A DNA stretch of 64,000 bases from an uncultured Gammaproteobacteria bacterium. GTDB taxonomy: Bacteria > Patescibacteriota > Microgenomatia > Levybacterales > UBA12049. Location: the NCBI GenBank assembly GCA_964474445.1, contig CAYYSJ010000001.1, positions 14,530 to 78,529 on the forward strand. The letters are read 5' to 3'. The translations under genes were made by a program, and so were the position numbers. Under the pieces are notes generated by a model, which ran no database searches, was not told the origin of the DNA, and was given only the letters and a program-made list of their open reading frames with translations. Below are positions 22,679-32,893 of the stretch, one piece after another. The number at the start of each line of letters is the position of its first letter. Within the stretch, counting starts at the first letter, position 1.

Positions 22679-23286
22679 TAAAACGTTCATTTGCAAGTAT
22701 TACCCTAGGTCTTACCAGCTTTCTTTTTCTTGCAGCTCCTGCCTTTGCTCATGTAGTCGTTACTCCCAAGCAAGTCGGTATTGCTCAGACACAAGTATTT
22801 GATATGAGTGTCCCAACTGAAAAGAATAATCCCACAGTTGGAGTTAAATTATTAATTCCTGCATGGATTCGTGGTGATGTCATGCCAAATGTGAAACCAG
22901 GATGGACAATCACTGTCGTAAAAGATGGGGACGTTATAAAAGAAATTGACTGGACAGGTGGAACGATTCCTCCAGGACAAAGGGATGATTTTTTCTTTCA
23001 AACACAGGCGCCAAGTACTGAAGTAACCCTCAAGTGGAAAGCGATCCAGATGTATCAAGACGGGAGTACCGTTGAGTGGACTCATGATCCAACAAGTAAT
23101 CCTGAAGATGATTCTGCTCCACCTCCCTATTCAACCACAAAAGTGGTCAATGATCTAAAAGGTCCAAATCTATCACTGAAAGAGAGGATAAAGAATAAAC
23201 TGCCTTTGGCAATCAGTTTTGCTGCTCTTGCATTCTCTGTCTTAGCCTTAGGAATATCGATACAAAAAAAGAGACAACATCAGTAA
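22675..23286 (+). CDS. YcnI/DUF1775 family copper-binding protein
   Basis: AFA/HVVVTP, VPTE, KPGW, WTGG, Q.Y.DG..VEW, C-terminal TM. Confidence 0.85.
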   Translation: MIKRSFASITLGLTSFLFLAAPAFAHVVVTPKQVGIAQTQVFDMSVPTEKNNPTVGVKLLIPAWIRGDVMPNVKPGWTITVVKDGDVIKEIDWTGGTIPPGQRDDFFFQTQAPSTEVTLKWKAIQMYQDGSTVEWTHDPTSNPEDDSAPPPYSTTKVVNDLKGPNLSLKERIKNKLPLAISFAALAFSVLALGISIQKKRQHQ

Positions 23287-23305
23287 ATGGTCCTTCTTCT
23301 AACTC

Positions 23306-24934
23306 ATGAGAAAGCATCCGCTTATCTATTCACTCTTACTCTTCTTGTTTGGACTGCTTTTTTCTGTGTTTCCTCACATGGTATATGCTGATCCAGGAGG
23401 ACTCAACCCATTTTTAGCCATCAATGGGAGTTATGAACTCCTCTATCCTATTTCAATCTCCTCTCTCCCCTATACAACCTTTCCTGTTCCGCTCTACTCT
23501 GCACATGACAACTACCTTATCAACCAGCCGTTAACATTTTCTCTTGATACAAATCTCATGCCTGTGAGTAAAGAAGATCTTCCCAATGCACAATTTGAAT
23601 GGGATTTTGGTGATGGAACAAAAGGAGAAGGACTTCAGAATACGCATACGTACACAAAAATGGGTTCATACATCATGACTATTCGCATTAAAAATGCACC
23701 TCACTATGTTCCACTTACCTCTGCTGATCAAAGCATCCCTTTTAACGCCGTTCTTATTGCGATTCTTCCTTATCCTTCTTATCAACTGCCCCAAGCAGTT
23801 ATACAACTCAATCAGCAAACACTCCCTGATCCCCTCACAAATTCTCTTACCTTTGATTTTACGAAAGGGTGGCTATTTGATGCTTCTGTATCAAAACAAG
23901 GTTCTGCCCCTCTTGTCTCATATTTTTGGGATTTTGGTGACCAAACATCAAGTACAGAAGCAACAGTGCATCACACATTAAAGCCAAATGACCAAATAGT
24001 CAGTCAAACCTTTCCTGTCCTCAGAGTAGTAGATGCCAATGGGTTTATTTCTGATACCTATGTTACGGTTAATAATACTGCCTACAGTCCACGTGGTCTT
24101 CTTTTTAAACGTGCAGTAAAATCTGCGAATCAACAGCAAAATAATCAAAATGTCCTTGTTACCCTTTCAACGAGGTTCAATGATTTCCTGAAGCGCCTTA
24201 CGGTACAGATTTTTGCGAACAACAAGATAGATTTGGTTCTCTTGGGAGTAGTTGTCTTTTTTGCTTTTTTTGCCGGAAGTTTGCATGCACTTACTCCAGG
24301 TCATGGGAAAAGTATGATGGCAGCATTTCTTATTGGGAGAGGGAAAAGTAGAATTTTTGATGTTCTTATTCTTGCTGCGTCAATCACCTTTGCTCATACA
24401 TTTGTTATTTATCTTCTTGGTTTTACTCTTCTTTTTCTCACAAATCATTTGGTAGTAAATAGAATTCTTCCCTATTTTGATAAAGCAAGTGCTATTGCTG
24501 TTGCGATTCTTGCCCTAAGCCTTATCTATAAGGGATGGAAAAATTACAAACATGCATGGGATCATGCTCATGACCATGAACATTCTCACTCTCACCACCA
24601 TCATGATGATAATAATAAACATCACTACTTAGGAAATAGAATTCTTGAACTTATTTTTGCTGGGGTAAGCGGAGGACTCACTCCCTGTATTGATGCACTT
24701 GCATTACTACTACTTGCCGTCAGTATTAACCAGATAGGCTTTGGACTTTTTATTATTTTTATTTTTAGTCTTGGTCTATCAGGATGTATTATCCTTCTTG
24801 GAACACTTGTTGTGCTGGGTAAAAATACATTACAACTTGAGAAACGGTTTGGAAATACTGCAGATATCTATGGACCACTCCTTGCCGGCATATTTATTCT
24901 TTTTTTGAGTATCAATATCTTTTTGACAAAATAA
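23306..24934 (+). CDS. PKD-domain / RcnA-NicO-like nickel-cobalt transporter fusion
   Basis: Two WDFGD PKD motifs; HALTPGHGK, His-rich loop HAHDHEHSHSHHHH, GLTPC. Confidence 0.85.
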   Translation: MRKHPLIYSLLLFLFGLLFSVFPHMVYADPGGLNPFLAINGSYELLYPISISSLPYTTFPVPLYSAHDNYLINQPLTFSLDTNLMPVSKEDLPNAQFEWDFGDGTKGEGLQNTHTYTKMGSYIMTIRIKNAPHYVPLTSADQSIPFNAVLIAILPYPSYQLPQAVIQLNQQTLPDPLTNSLTFDFTKGWLFDASVSKQGSAPLVSYFWDFGDQTSSTEATVHHTLKPNDQIVSQTFPVLRVVDANGFISDTYVTVNNTAYSPRGLLFKRAVKSANQQQNNQNVLVTLSTRFNDFLKRLTVQIFANNKIDLVLLGVVVFFAFFAGSLHALTPGHGKSMMAAFLIGRGKSRIFDVLILAASITFAHTFVIYLLGFTLLFLTNHLVVNRILPYFDKASAIAVAILALSLIYKGWKNYKHAWDHAHDHEHSHSHHHHDDNNKHHYLGNRILELIFAGVSGGLTPCIDALALLLLAVSINQIGFGLFIIFIFSLGLSGCIILLGTLVVLGKNTLQLEKRFGNTADIYGPLLAGIFILFLSINIFLTK

Positions 24935-25039
24935 TTTACGGGTGAAGTGGCACAGTATCTGAAATGTTTTCTTGGTTTGGGTATTCTTTATCGAGTCGCT
25001 CAATCTCTCCCTTGTCTATTTGCCAACCAATTGTCCCAG

Positions 25040-26161
25040 CTATCTCTTACTTTGATTGCGTTTCACGTTTCTTTTTATTATTCTCCAGGGAGTACTTCTC
25101 CATGCTTCTTCAGTATGAGTAGTAGGAATAAATGGTGGAATGGGCATAAGAAAAAAATCAGAAAGAGCTTGCAAATATGGTTCATACAGACTACGAAGCT
25201 CTTTTATCTGCCTGTCTACCTGCATGCCTTGGGCTAGAATAACCCCTTCTCTCCTGAGGATCTCTCGAAGTGTTTTTACATCTCTCTCAGACAATCTCTC
25301 TCTGGGAGAATAATGAGGGGTGAGGCTAAATACTTGTGTTAAGTCAACAACAGCGTGACGTGCTATTGCAAAGGTAAGTTGCGCTTGATGCTTGGGAATT
25401 CCATCAATTCCTATAGAAATAAGTGCTGAGACATCAAGTATCAATGTGATGGCAGAAATCCAAGACTGATGCTCGTGCGGGGAACGGTAATAGCCAAGTA
25501 TTGGATAAGAGAGATGTGTTTCCAACAATTCAGCAGCCCATATCTCCCAGTTTTCAAGTAATTTAATTAGTCCCTGTTTTGTCTCTTTGCCACAATATGT
25601 CCTCAATAATAACAAAGCACTCGGAGGAGATCCTGCGCGTGCATCAAGCAAAGTAACTTGTATTTCTCTGCGGGAAAATGCTTGATAGAGTATTGGTAAA
25701 TATCCAATGATTACTGCTAAAAATGTGAATCCAGTCCCTGCTTCAATAACAAATGACGTTCTCCCAATGTATTTTGCAGGATAGATATCGCCAAGTCCTA
25801 AGGTAAAAAATGTTGTCCCACTTGCATACAAATAGGTTACAAAATCTTTTGTCCCACTCGTTATTATTTCAATGCCTGCTCCATAATTAAAAAGCGCAAA
25901 ACCGATAATAAGGCCAGTTGCCCAAAAGATTAAAAGCAAAATAAGTGAAAGAGGACCGTAAAATGCCAGGTACGTTTCTCGTAGGGTTTCTGAATGAAGA
26001 AATGTTGTAAATCTTGACCAAGGAATCCATGTTATTCTGTAGAATCCCCGTGCCAGGCGAAATCGACGACTAACTCTTCTTGGCAAAACAACTGTTTCGA
26101 AAGCATCCCAGATGATTGCGAAAATAATACCAATACCAAGGAACGCGAGTAGGAACATCAT
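25040..26161 (-). CDS. potassium channel family protein (Ion_trans_2)
   Basis: DAFETVVLPR; pore motif YASGTTFFTLGLGD; AFSRRE, DARAGSPPS. Confidence 0.85.
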   Translation of the reverse strand: MMFLLAFLGIGIIFAIIWDAFETVVLPRRVSRRFRLARGFYRITWIPWSRFTTFLHSETLRETYLAFYGPLSLILLLIFWATGLIIGFALFNYGAGIEIITSGTKDFVTYLYASGTTFFTLGLGDIYPAKYIGRTSFVIEAGTGFTFLAVIIGYLPILYQAFSRREIQVTLLDARAGSPPSALLLLRTYCGKETKQGLIKLLENWEIWAAELLETHLSYPILGYYRSPHEHQSWISAITLILDVSALISIGIDGIPKHQAQLTFAIARHAVVDLTQVFSLTPHYSPRERLSERDVKTLREILRREGVILAQGMQVDRQIKELRSLYEPYLQALSDFFLMPIPPFIPTTHTEEAWRSTPWRIIKRNVKRNQSKR

Positions 26162-26236
26162 AAAAAAGTTAACTGTTTTTCTCCCATTTTATATGTAGTG
26201 TGAAGGTATGTCCAGGAAAGAAAATCACTATATCGA

Positions 26237-27385
26237 CTATTCTTTAGTTTCAATGATAAGCTCTTCGATATTATTGTTTAATCTCTCAAAATCAGTCAGT
26301 AATGCCCCTCGTATAACAAGTTGATTTGTAAACATCGCTGATGACGTTGGTCTTTTTGTTTCAAATGCTTGTGTATCCCCGATCAGGGTTTTCTGGTATA
26401 TCATAATTCTCTTTGTTATTTTTTCTAATGATACAGAAGATTGTTTCGTTTCCTCTGCATCTGTTTTAGCACGTACATTTTTACTGAATGTTGTAACTAT
26501 TGTTGCTAATTCTTTTAATACAACGGCATACTCCGTAACCCATTTCTGCTTGTTACTCATTTCTCCCCAATTTGGTTTTGCTTCACTGACAGTATAGGCA
26601 ATTCTTCTCAATTTTCTCACGATTTTATCTACTGTCAGTAATTTTTCTGGATAGTTATCGATGAGTTCTTTTGCATTCAATGACCAAGGACTTAAATGCG
26701 TACTATCTAATGCGAGTATGAGTTTTTGTTCTGTATTTTTGAGGTCCTTTTCTAATTTTCTTACACCAGCATATACTTCTTTGTTTTTTTCAACATCTTT
26801 TGACTCAATTGCTTTGGCTACTTGATTCATGATATCGGCAACTTGCCGAAGGGATTTACGAAATGCCTCTTGTGCTTTTGATACGTATATAGGAGGAGAG
26901 ATGATGATACTCACAAGGACACCAGTAATAGCACCAATAACTGCTCCTAATGTACGAAGTAATGGATAATTCCCCCTTGTTGTTACTAATATAAGTGCTA
27001 ACCCCGCACTAATTGGCATTTGTGTTGCAAGGTATGGTCCTTTTTCTTTCACAAATATTCCTAAAAATTGCATAAAGAAAATAATTGCAATAACTGTCCA
27101 AACATGGAGTCCAAAAAAGTGGATAGCAAGTACTGCGAAACTTACTCCACATGCAACTGCGATTATTCTCTCAATCCCTTTTCGTAGTGTCTGTCGTGTC
27201 GTCAATTGTGTAATAACAATTGCAGAAACAACGGAAAAAGACGCAGCATCTTGTCCAAAAAATGTCATTGCTATTTCCCAGGCAATACCAGCAGCTAAGG
27301 CACTTTTAACTGCATAAATGAGTGAGGCAGATTTTCCATTAATAAAATCGATAAGTTTTTCTTGTAATGTTTGGAGTATAACCAT
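26237..27385 (-). CDS. FUSC/aromatic acid exporter family membrane protein
   Basis: KSALAAGIAW, Q.T..QTL..G.ER, about 5 TM helices then a helical cytoplasmic domain. Confidence 0.75.
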   Translation of the reverse strand: MVILQTLQEKLIDFINGKSASLIYAVKSALAAGIAWEIAMTFFGQDAASFSVVSAIVITQLTTRQTLRKGIERIIAVACGVSFAVLAIHFFGLHVWTVIAIIFFMQFLGIFVKEKGPYLATQMPISAGLALILVTTRGNYPLLRTLGAVIGAITGVLVSIIISPPIYVSKAQEAFRKSLRQVADIMNQVAKAIESKDVEKNKEVYAGVRKLEKDLKNTEQKLILALDSTHLSPWSLNAKELIDNYPEKLLTVDKIVRKLRRIAYTVSEAKPNWGEMSNKQKWVTEYAVVLKELATIVTTFSKNVRAKTDAEETKQSSVSLEKITKRIMIYQKTLIGDTQAFETKRPTSSAMFTNQLVIRGALLTDFERLNNNIEELIIETKE

Positions 27386-27507
27386 AGTAACAACTTTACT
27401 GACAAAAAGTTTTTTGAGAACTTAACAGAGGGATATAGTAAAAGTATATCATATGGAGCACAATTTGTTGAGATCCTGTATCTGAAACATAAAGGAGATG
27501 TTCTTTT

Positions 27508-28047
27508 TTATACCACTGCTTCTGCCGCATACATTTCATTCCAATACGTTGATGGAACTTTTTCCAAAAGCCTTGGCTCTTGAAATCCAGATTCTTGGGA
27601 TAGTTCAATAAATTTTTCAAATGATACTGGATATGGAACCCATGGATTCCCCGAATTGGTATTATATTCAACCAATATCAATTCCCCTTTTGGTTTGAGA
27701 TAGTTTTTTATCTTTTGTAAAAACACAACTTGGTCTTTTACATAATGGAGAGAATTGGCCATCACAATTCCATCAAGTAGAGGAAGGTTCAAAGCCTTTG
27801 TAAAATCAGCATGAAGAAAATGGATGGTAGTGTCAGGAAACATTGTATCAAAGTTTTCTTTTTGTCTCTGTAGACGGTTGTTGTCTTTATCAACAGAATA
27901 GATTTCACTTTTGTCTCCTGCAAGGTCTCGAAGTGCCAGAGTAAATGCTCCATCTCCAGATCCCAAATCTGCCCAGAGTCCTCCTTTTTTTGTCACTGCT
28001 TTTTTTATCAGGTGTATATGATCGCTATGCTGCACGATGTGTATCAT
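27508..28047 (-). CDS. class I SAM-dependent methyltransferase
   Basis: ADLGSGDG motif I, SVD, ADF, ANSLHY, LKPKG; start position uncertain. Confidence 0.85.
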   Translation of the reverse strand: MIHIVQHSDHIHLIKKAVTKKGGLWADLGSGDGAFTLALRDLAGDKSEIYSVDKDNNRLQRQKENFDTMFPDTTIHFLHADFTKALNLPLLDGIVMANSLHYVKDQVVFLQKIKNYLKPKGELILVEYNTNSGNPWVPYPVSFEKFIELSQESGFQEPRLLEKVPSTYWNEMYAAEAVV

Positions 28048-28122
28048 ACCCCTCTCTATTCCATAAAACAACAAAAAAGGTACATAAAAATACATGTGAT
28101 TAGGAGTGATATAATAGATCTG

Positions 28123-28389
28123 ATGTTACGAATATTCCTTCTGGTATCGGCAGTACTTGTTCTTCTTGGAGGAGTTGTTGGGATCCAACAATTTTTCACT
28201 GTCAGAAGAGCACATAGTTCATTTGAAAATTATTACGCTTTCAGAGGATGTACGCAACTTCTTCAAAAGACAGCAACATCTGCTACCTGTAAAATTCAAT
28301 CTGGTAAAGTTATCAAAATGGTCAATCTAAAAGGAAAATGGTACTTGGACGGAGATTTGCCTGTTTGCTATTTTACCTTCTGCTTATAA
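28123..28389 (+). CDS. small membrane-anchored Cys-containing protein
   Basis: N-terminal TM, FENYYAFRGC...C...KWYLDGDLP. Confidence 0.6.
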   Translation: MLRIFLLVSAVLVLLGGVVGIQQFFTVRRAHSSFENYYAFRGCTQLLQKTATSATCKIQSGKVIKMVNLKGKWYLDGDLPVCYFTFCL

Positions 28390-28640
28390 TTTTTTAGTAA
28401 TCTCAAAAAATGAAGAAAAATTATCAAATATTCTATTCAACAATCCTTGTCACTTCCTTATAGTAATAGCATTCTCCAGATGAGTGGTTGCTTGGTCGCT
28501 TGTCTTTATATATTTTTATTACAAACAGAAATTACGCAGTATGGTTAAATAGTTATTCACAACTAAAGAGATAATTTTTATTCTGCTTCTTTTGATCTTA
28601 TTCTAATTTTTTATCTGTTCCAGCAGAAAGATTTTATCTG

Positions 28641-30641
28641 ATGATTATTACTCGAGATACTACAACATTGTTGCAGGATAGTGTTCTTATGGGGATACTG
28701 CTTGCATTATCCATTTTCCTTATAAATTTTTACTTTTCTGCAAACTACCTGAATACTAACTATCCTGATTGGATTGTGCATGCGTTTCGAATTAAGGCAC
28801 TGGAAAATGATGGCCTTGCATCCTGGACTCATGTGTGGTCAAATGGCATCAGTCTTTGGAAATCATATCAATTTGTTCCTCATCTTATCACTCTTGGTGT
28901 TATAAAACTGTTTCATCTTTCTATCCCCCGCGGAATGGTTGTCATGACCATAGGATTGTTTATTCTGCTTCGTTTTCTTATTTACGCAACTATGCGATTT
29001 CTTCATTTTTCCCCAACGACTGCATTTATTTCAGCAATCCTTTCTTTTGATATAGCACAGTATTGGGGAGGTGTTGGAGATTTTTCACTGTTATTCGGAT
29101 TTTCATTTTTCCCACTCATTGCTTTTCTCTGGGTAAAATACTATCAAGGCAACATTCAATATCTCTTCCCCTACATTGTTGGAGTATCCTTTTATGTCCA
29201 TCCAATTTTAGGTTATTCCTCTATCGCCCTTTGGCTTACGGCAGTGATTTTTTCTCATAGGAAACTTCTCTCGCTTCCGATCTTGTTGCAAGGAATGATT
29301 ATTCTTGCATCCTCATCAATATTTTGGTTTCCTTTGGTTTTTAAAACGTCCTATTCGTATACCAGTCTTGTTTTTGCAAATAAATATTTTTTGGGATTAG
29401 TTCTTTCTGGATATAAATATTTTGGGTTAAGTATTTTCCTTCTTTTTTGTCTTGCTATTGCTTTTGTTCGCTCTTTTATGCCAATGAAAAGTGAATATCG
29501 GTGGAGTAAACCATTTTATATTTTTGTGTTGTTATATTTTGCACTTATTGTTGTTGGAATAACTATTGACTTACCAACAGCCATTGCACAGCTGCAATTT
29601 ACCAGAGGTGCAGGACTCGTAGGACTCGCAATTATTTATGCATTTGCACCGGTTATTGAGAATGTGACAAGAATTCAAAGCCTTGCACTTAAATCGCTTC
29701 TTCTCTTTGTCTCATCTTTAGCACTCATTGAAGGAATTTGGTTTACCAGTCAGTATTCTCCTGCTGTTGGTAAAACATTCTCTGAGCCAATCACTGCATT
29801 TATGAAAACATATCCAACAAATGATATTGCGAATAGACGAGTCTGGTCAGCAGACATTGGATTATCAAGTTATCTCCCTCCAATTTCTGTCCGTCTTCCT
29901 TACTCTTACATGGGACATTTGGATGCAAACCAAATTTCTCCACGTATATCACCACTCGTGTTATACCAACCATACTTAGACCAAATTCCACAAGCAAATA
30001 TGGCACGACTCACAGACTATTTCAAAATAAGTGGAGTACAATATGCACTCTTTGATGAGAATTCACCCTTCACGAAAACAATCAGTACACAAAACCAAAC
30101 ACAATATAAAGATTTAGGAATGGTGCATGATGCTGGAAGTAATTACCATGCATTTGAAGTACTCTGGCAACCACGAGATGCTGCACTCATTGATTCGTCT
30201 CTGTCACATGGTCTTTCACACTTTCCTTTTAAATTGGAATTAACAGATGTTAATGATCAGATTTCTCTTGATGATTATGTCAAAAAATTTGTCACTGTTG
30301 TCTATGATGATCGGAATAAACCATTACCTATTGCATATCCAAAAGCAACCATGCTTGAAGTTGCAATTCCTTCTTCCCGACAATCAAACCTCGTCTATAT
30401 TGCAGAAAGTTTTGATAGCAACTGGTATGCATATTTTAATAACAAGCCTGTTCCTCTTAAATCAGTCGGCCCAAACTTTATGCTTGCTTCTTTACCGAAT
30501 ATGTCTGAAAAAGGAACACTCCTTCTCACACATCGATGGCCGTTATCTTTCTATATTTCAGTTTTTCTTATTTTCCTTATTCCCCTTGAAATTTTTGTAC
30601 TACAGATGATGAGAAAGAAAGGAGTTTATGAAAAACATTAA
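28641..30641 (+). CDS. GT-C-fold/YfhO-like polytopic membrane protein
   Basis: DW..H in the first loop, W...W.NG, more than 10 TM helices, C-terminal ESFDSNW.A..N motif. Confidence 0.7.
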   Translation: MIITRDTTTLLQDSVLMGILLALSIFLINFYFSANYLNTNYPDWIVHAFRIKALENDGLASWTHVWSNGISLWKSYQFVPHLITLGVIKLFHLSIPRGMVVMTIGLFILLRFLIYATMRFLHFSPTTAFISAILSFDIAQYWGGVGDFSLLFGFSFFPLIAFLWVKYYQGNIQYLFPYIVGVSFYVHPILGYSSIALWLTAVIFSHRKLLSLPILLQGMIILASSSIFWFPLVFKTSYSYTSLVFANKYFLGLVLSGYKYFGLSIFLLFCLAIAFVRSFMPMKSEYRWSKPFYIFVLLYFALIVVGITIDLPTAIAQLQFTRGAGLVGLAIIYAFAPVIENVTRIQSLALKSLLLFVSSLALIEGIWFTSQYSPAVGKTFSEPITAFMKTYPTNDIANRRVWSADIGLSSYLPPISVRLPYSYMGHLDANQISPRISPLVLYQPYLDQIPQANMARLTDYFKISGVQYALFDENSPFTKTISTQNQTQYKDLGMVHDAGSNYHAFEVLWQPRDAALIDSSLSHGLSHFPFKLELTDVNDQISLDDYVKKFVTVVYDDRNKPLPIAYPKATMLEVAIPSSRQSNLVYIAESFDSNWYAYFNNKPVPLKSVGPNFMLASLPNMSEKGTLLLTHRWPLSFYISVFLIFLIPLEIFVLQMMRKKGVYEKH

Positions 30642-32112
30642 AACAGGACGCATTCAAAATACCGCACTGCTTTTCTTACTCATTGCGCCATTTACCGTTA
30701 CCTATTATGCAACATATATTTTTAATCCTTCACATATAGGAAACATCTGGTTATATGTTTTACTCCTTCTTGCAGATGGCATTGTCATACTCAACGTTGG
30801 GACATTATGGTTAACAATTCTTCTTGATTTAGTCCAGCCTGAGTATCATAAAAGAGAACTGCAGTATCACAAAGAATGGATAGAAAATTACCAGATTTCT
30901 GTTGATGTATTTATTCCTGTATCCCAAGAGCCGGCACATATTATTGAACAAACAGTAAAAGCTGCTGCAACTATGGACTATCCACACCAAACATATGTTT
31001 TGGATGATGGAAGTTCAGAGGAAGTAAAACGATTAACAAAAGAGCTTGGGGCTACCTATCTTTCAAGATCAACTCAAGAAAAAGGGTATGCAAAATCGGG
31101 AAATCTAAATTATGGTCTAAAAGTAGGAAGAGGAGAATTTTTTGCTGTGTTTGACGCTGACCATGCACCTGAGAAATCTTTTCTCCTTGAGTTGTTACCA
31201 TTTTTTGAAAATAGCCAAGTTGCTCTTGTCCAAACTCCTCAAAAGTATGTCAACACAAAAAATTTTATTGCTGCTGGAACTTCTCAGGCACAGGAAATTT
31301 TCTATCGATATGTCCAACCTGCAAAAAATAGTTACAATGCGTCATTTTGTGTTGGGACAAACATGATCTTTCGAAGATCAGCAATTGATCAAATAGGAGG
31401 GATTGCAAAAATGGATCATTCAGAAGATATCTGGACAACGATTACATTACATGAGAAAGGATATGAAAGTGTGTTTTATAATAAAGTCCTTGCACATGGG
31501 CGTGCACCTGAGACAATTCCTTCTTTTTTCCGTCAGCAAAATCGATGGGCTCAGGGAGGATTTTCTTTGTTCTTTTCCCATAATCCCCTCTTTATTCAAG
31601 ATCTAACAATTGACCAAAGACTCCAATATTTTTTCTCAAATATTCATTATTTTACCGCCTTTTCTGTATTGATTTACTTAATTCTTCCATTGATCTATTT
31701 ATTGTTTGGGTATTATCCAATGAATCTTTCTCAAAGTAGTGATTGGCCAATACACTTTATTCCCTATTTCATTACGATTTACTTTTTACCGTTTTTCTTA
31801 TTAAAGAAAATCGCGATAGCAACCATGAGTACTGCATTTGCAAGTTTTTGGCCGTACATAGAAGCATTCTTTGCAACTGTTGTAAAAAGTAGATACACAT
31901 GGGTAGCAACCGAAACAAAGAAAAAAACGCAGGTGATTATTATGCGTTTTATCTGGCCACATGTATTTTTAATTGTTCTTTCTTTTTTAGCAATTTTTAT
32001 TGGGTGGTTGAATGTTGTGGATACAACAACAACATTTATGACAACAGGATGGGTATTAGTAAATACCTATTTACTTTTTGTCTTTATTCGACAGGGGGTG
32101 TCGGTCAGTTAA
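30628..32112 (+). CDS. processive GT2 glucan synthase (BcsA/CrdS-like, no PilZ)
   Basis: LDDG, KSGNLN, FDADH, VQTPQ, SED, QQNRW (QxxRW) motifs plus TM helices. Confidence 0.9.
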   Translation: MKNIKTGRIQNTALLFLLIAPFTVTYYATYIFNPSHIGNIWLYVLLLLADGIVILNVGTLWLTILLDLVQPEYHKRELQYHKEWIENYQISVDVFIPVSQEPAHIIEQTVKAAATMDYPHQTYVLDDGSSEEVKRLTKELGATYLSRSTQEKGYAKSGNLNYGLKVGRGEFFAVFDADHAPEKSFLLELLPFFENSQVALVQTPQKYVNTKNFIAAGTSQAQEIFYRYVQPAKNSYNASFCVGTNMIFRRSAIDQIGGIAKMDHSEDIWTTITLHEKGYESVFYNKVLAHGRAPETIPSFFRQQNRWAQGGFSLFFSHNPLFIQDLTIDQRLQYFFSNIHYFTAFSVLIYLILPLIYLLFGYYPMNLSQSSDWPIHFIPYFITIYFLPFFLLKKIAIATMSTAFASFWPYIEAFFATVVKSRYTWVATETKKKTQVIIMRFIWPHVFLIVLSFLAIFIGWLNVVDTTTTFMTTGWVLVNTYLLFVFIRQGVSVS

Positions 32113-32113
32113 T

Positions 32114-32893
32114 ATGAAAAATCTCTTTACCTTATTTTTAAATATTATTTTCTTTTCCGTTGTGGTTATTGCTGCGTTTGCCGTGTCAACCATTGCGCTC
32201 ACAAAAAAAGTCAATGAATACAGAGCACAAACAGCAAAAGGTATTACAGCAACCGTTACCAAACAGCAACTTCCTATTGTTTCTTTCTCCTCAGGGTATG
32301 TCAAAAAAATTTATGTAAAAGAAGGAAAAGAAGTAAAGAAAAATGATTTACTTGTTGTCATTGATAACCCTGTTTTGAAAGGAAAAGTGTTGGCATTGCA
32401 AAATTATCCTGATAACGTATCTGCACAAACTGAAGCAAAAGTAGCAGAGGAAGAAATGAAAGGTTTGAATGTGTATGCACCAGTCGATGGATTTGTGAGT
32501 GATGTTTCCATTACCGAGGGATCCCCTATTGAAAATTTTTCAAAGTTAATGACTGTCTATTCAAATGAAAACGTTGAAGTACTTGCTGATTTAACTGATG
32601 ACCAGTATTTAGCAACACAGCAAATGCACGAAATAAAAGTATATAGCAAACGACTCAATCAAGATTTTGTTGTCGTACCGGATGTCTTACGACCTGACAC
32701 AAAAATGGGAAGTATGCAGACAAAACAAATTGGTCTGTACTTTATTTTCAAAGATCCCATTGCTGCAAAAAGCTTACTGAATAATGAAGATGTGCAACTT
32801 GAGTTGAATAACCAAAGTGACAATACACGAAAACCTATCGATGTCTTTGTTGATTTTTGGAACAGTCTTCTACTTGATAAGAAAAAACAATGA
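32114..32893 (+). CDS. HlyD/membrane-fusion-like protein (short hairpin)
   Basis: N-terminal TM; biotinyl-lipoyl-like halves SGYVKKIYVKEG.EV..NDLL and VYAPVDG.V. Confidence 0.75.
   Translation: MKNLFTLFLNIIFFSVVVIAAFAVSTIALTKKVNEYRAQTAKGITATVTKQQLPIVSFSSGYVKKIYVKEGKEVKKNDLLVVIDNPVLKGKVLALQNYPDNVSAQTEAKVAEEEMKGLNVYAPVDGFVSDVSITEGSPIENFSKLMTVYSNENVEVLADLTDDQYLATQQMHEIKVYSKRLNQDFVVVPDVLRPDTKMGSMQTKQIGLYFIFKDPIAAKSLLNNEDVQLELNNQSDNTRKPIDVFVDFWNSLLLDKKKQ

Noticed and set aside
28390-28640. Possible frameshifted N-terminal extension of the GT-C gene
   Set aside because: All three forward frames contain stops and no convincing coding signal was seen
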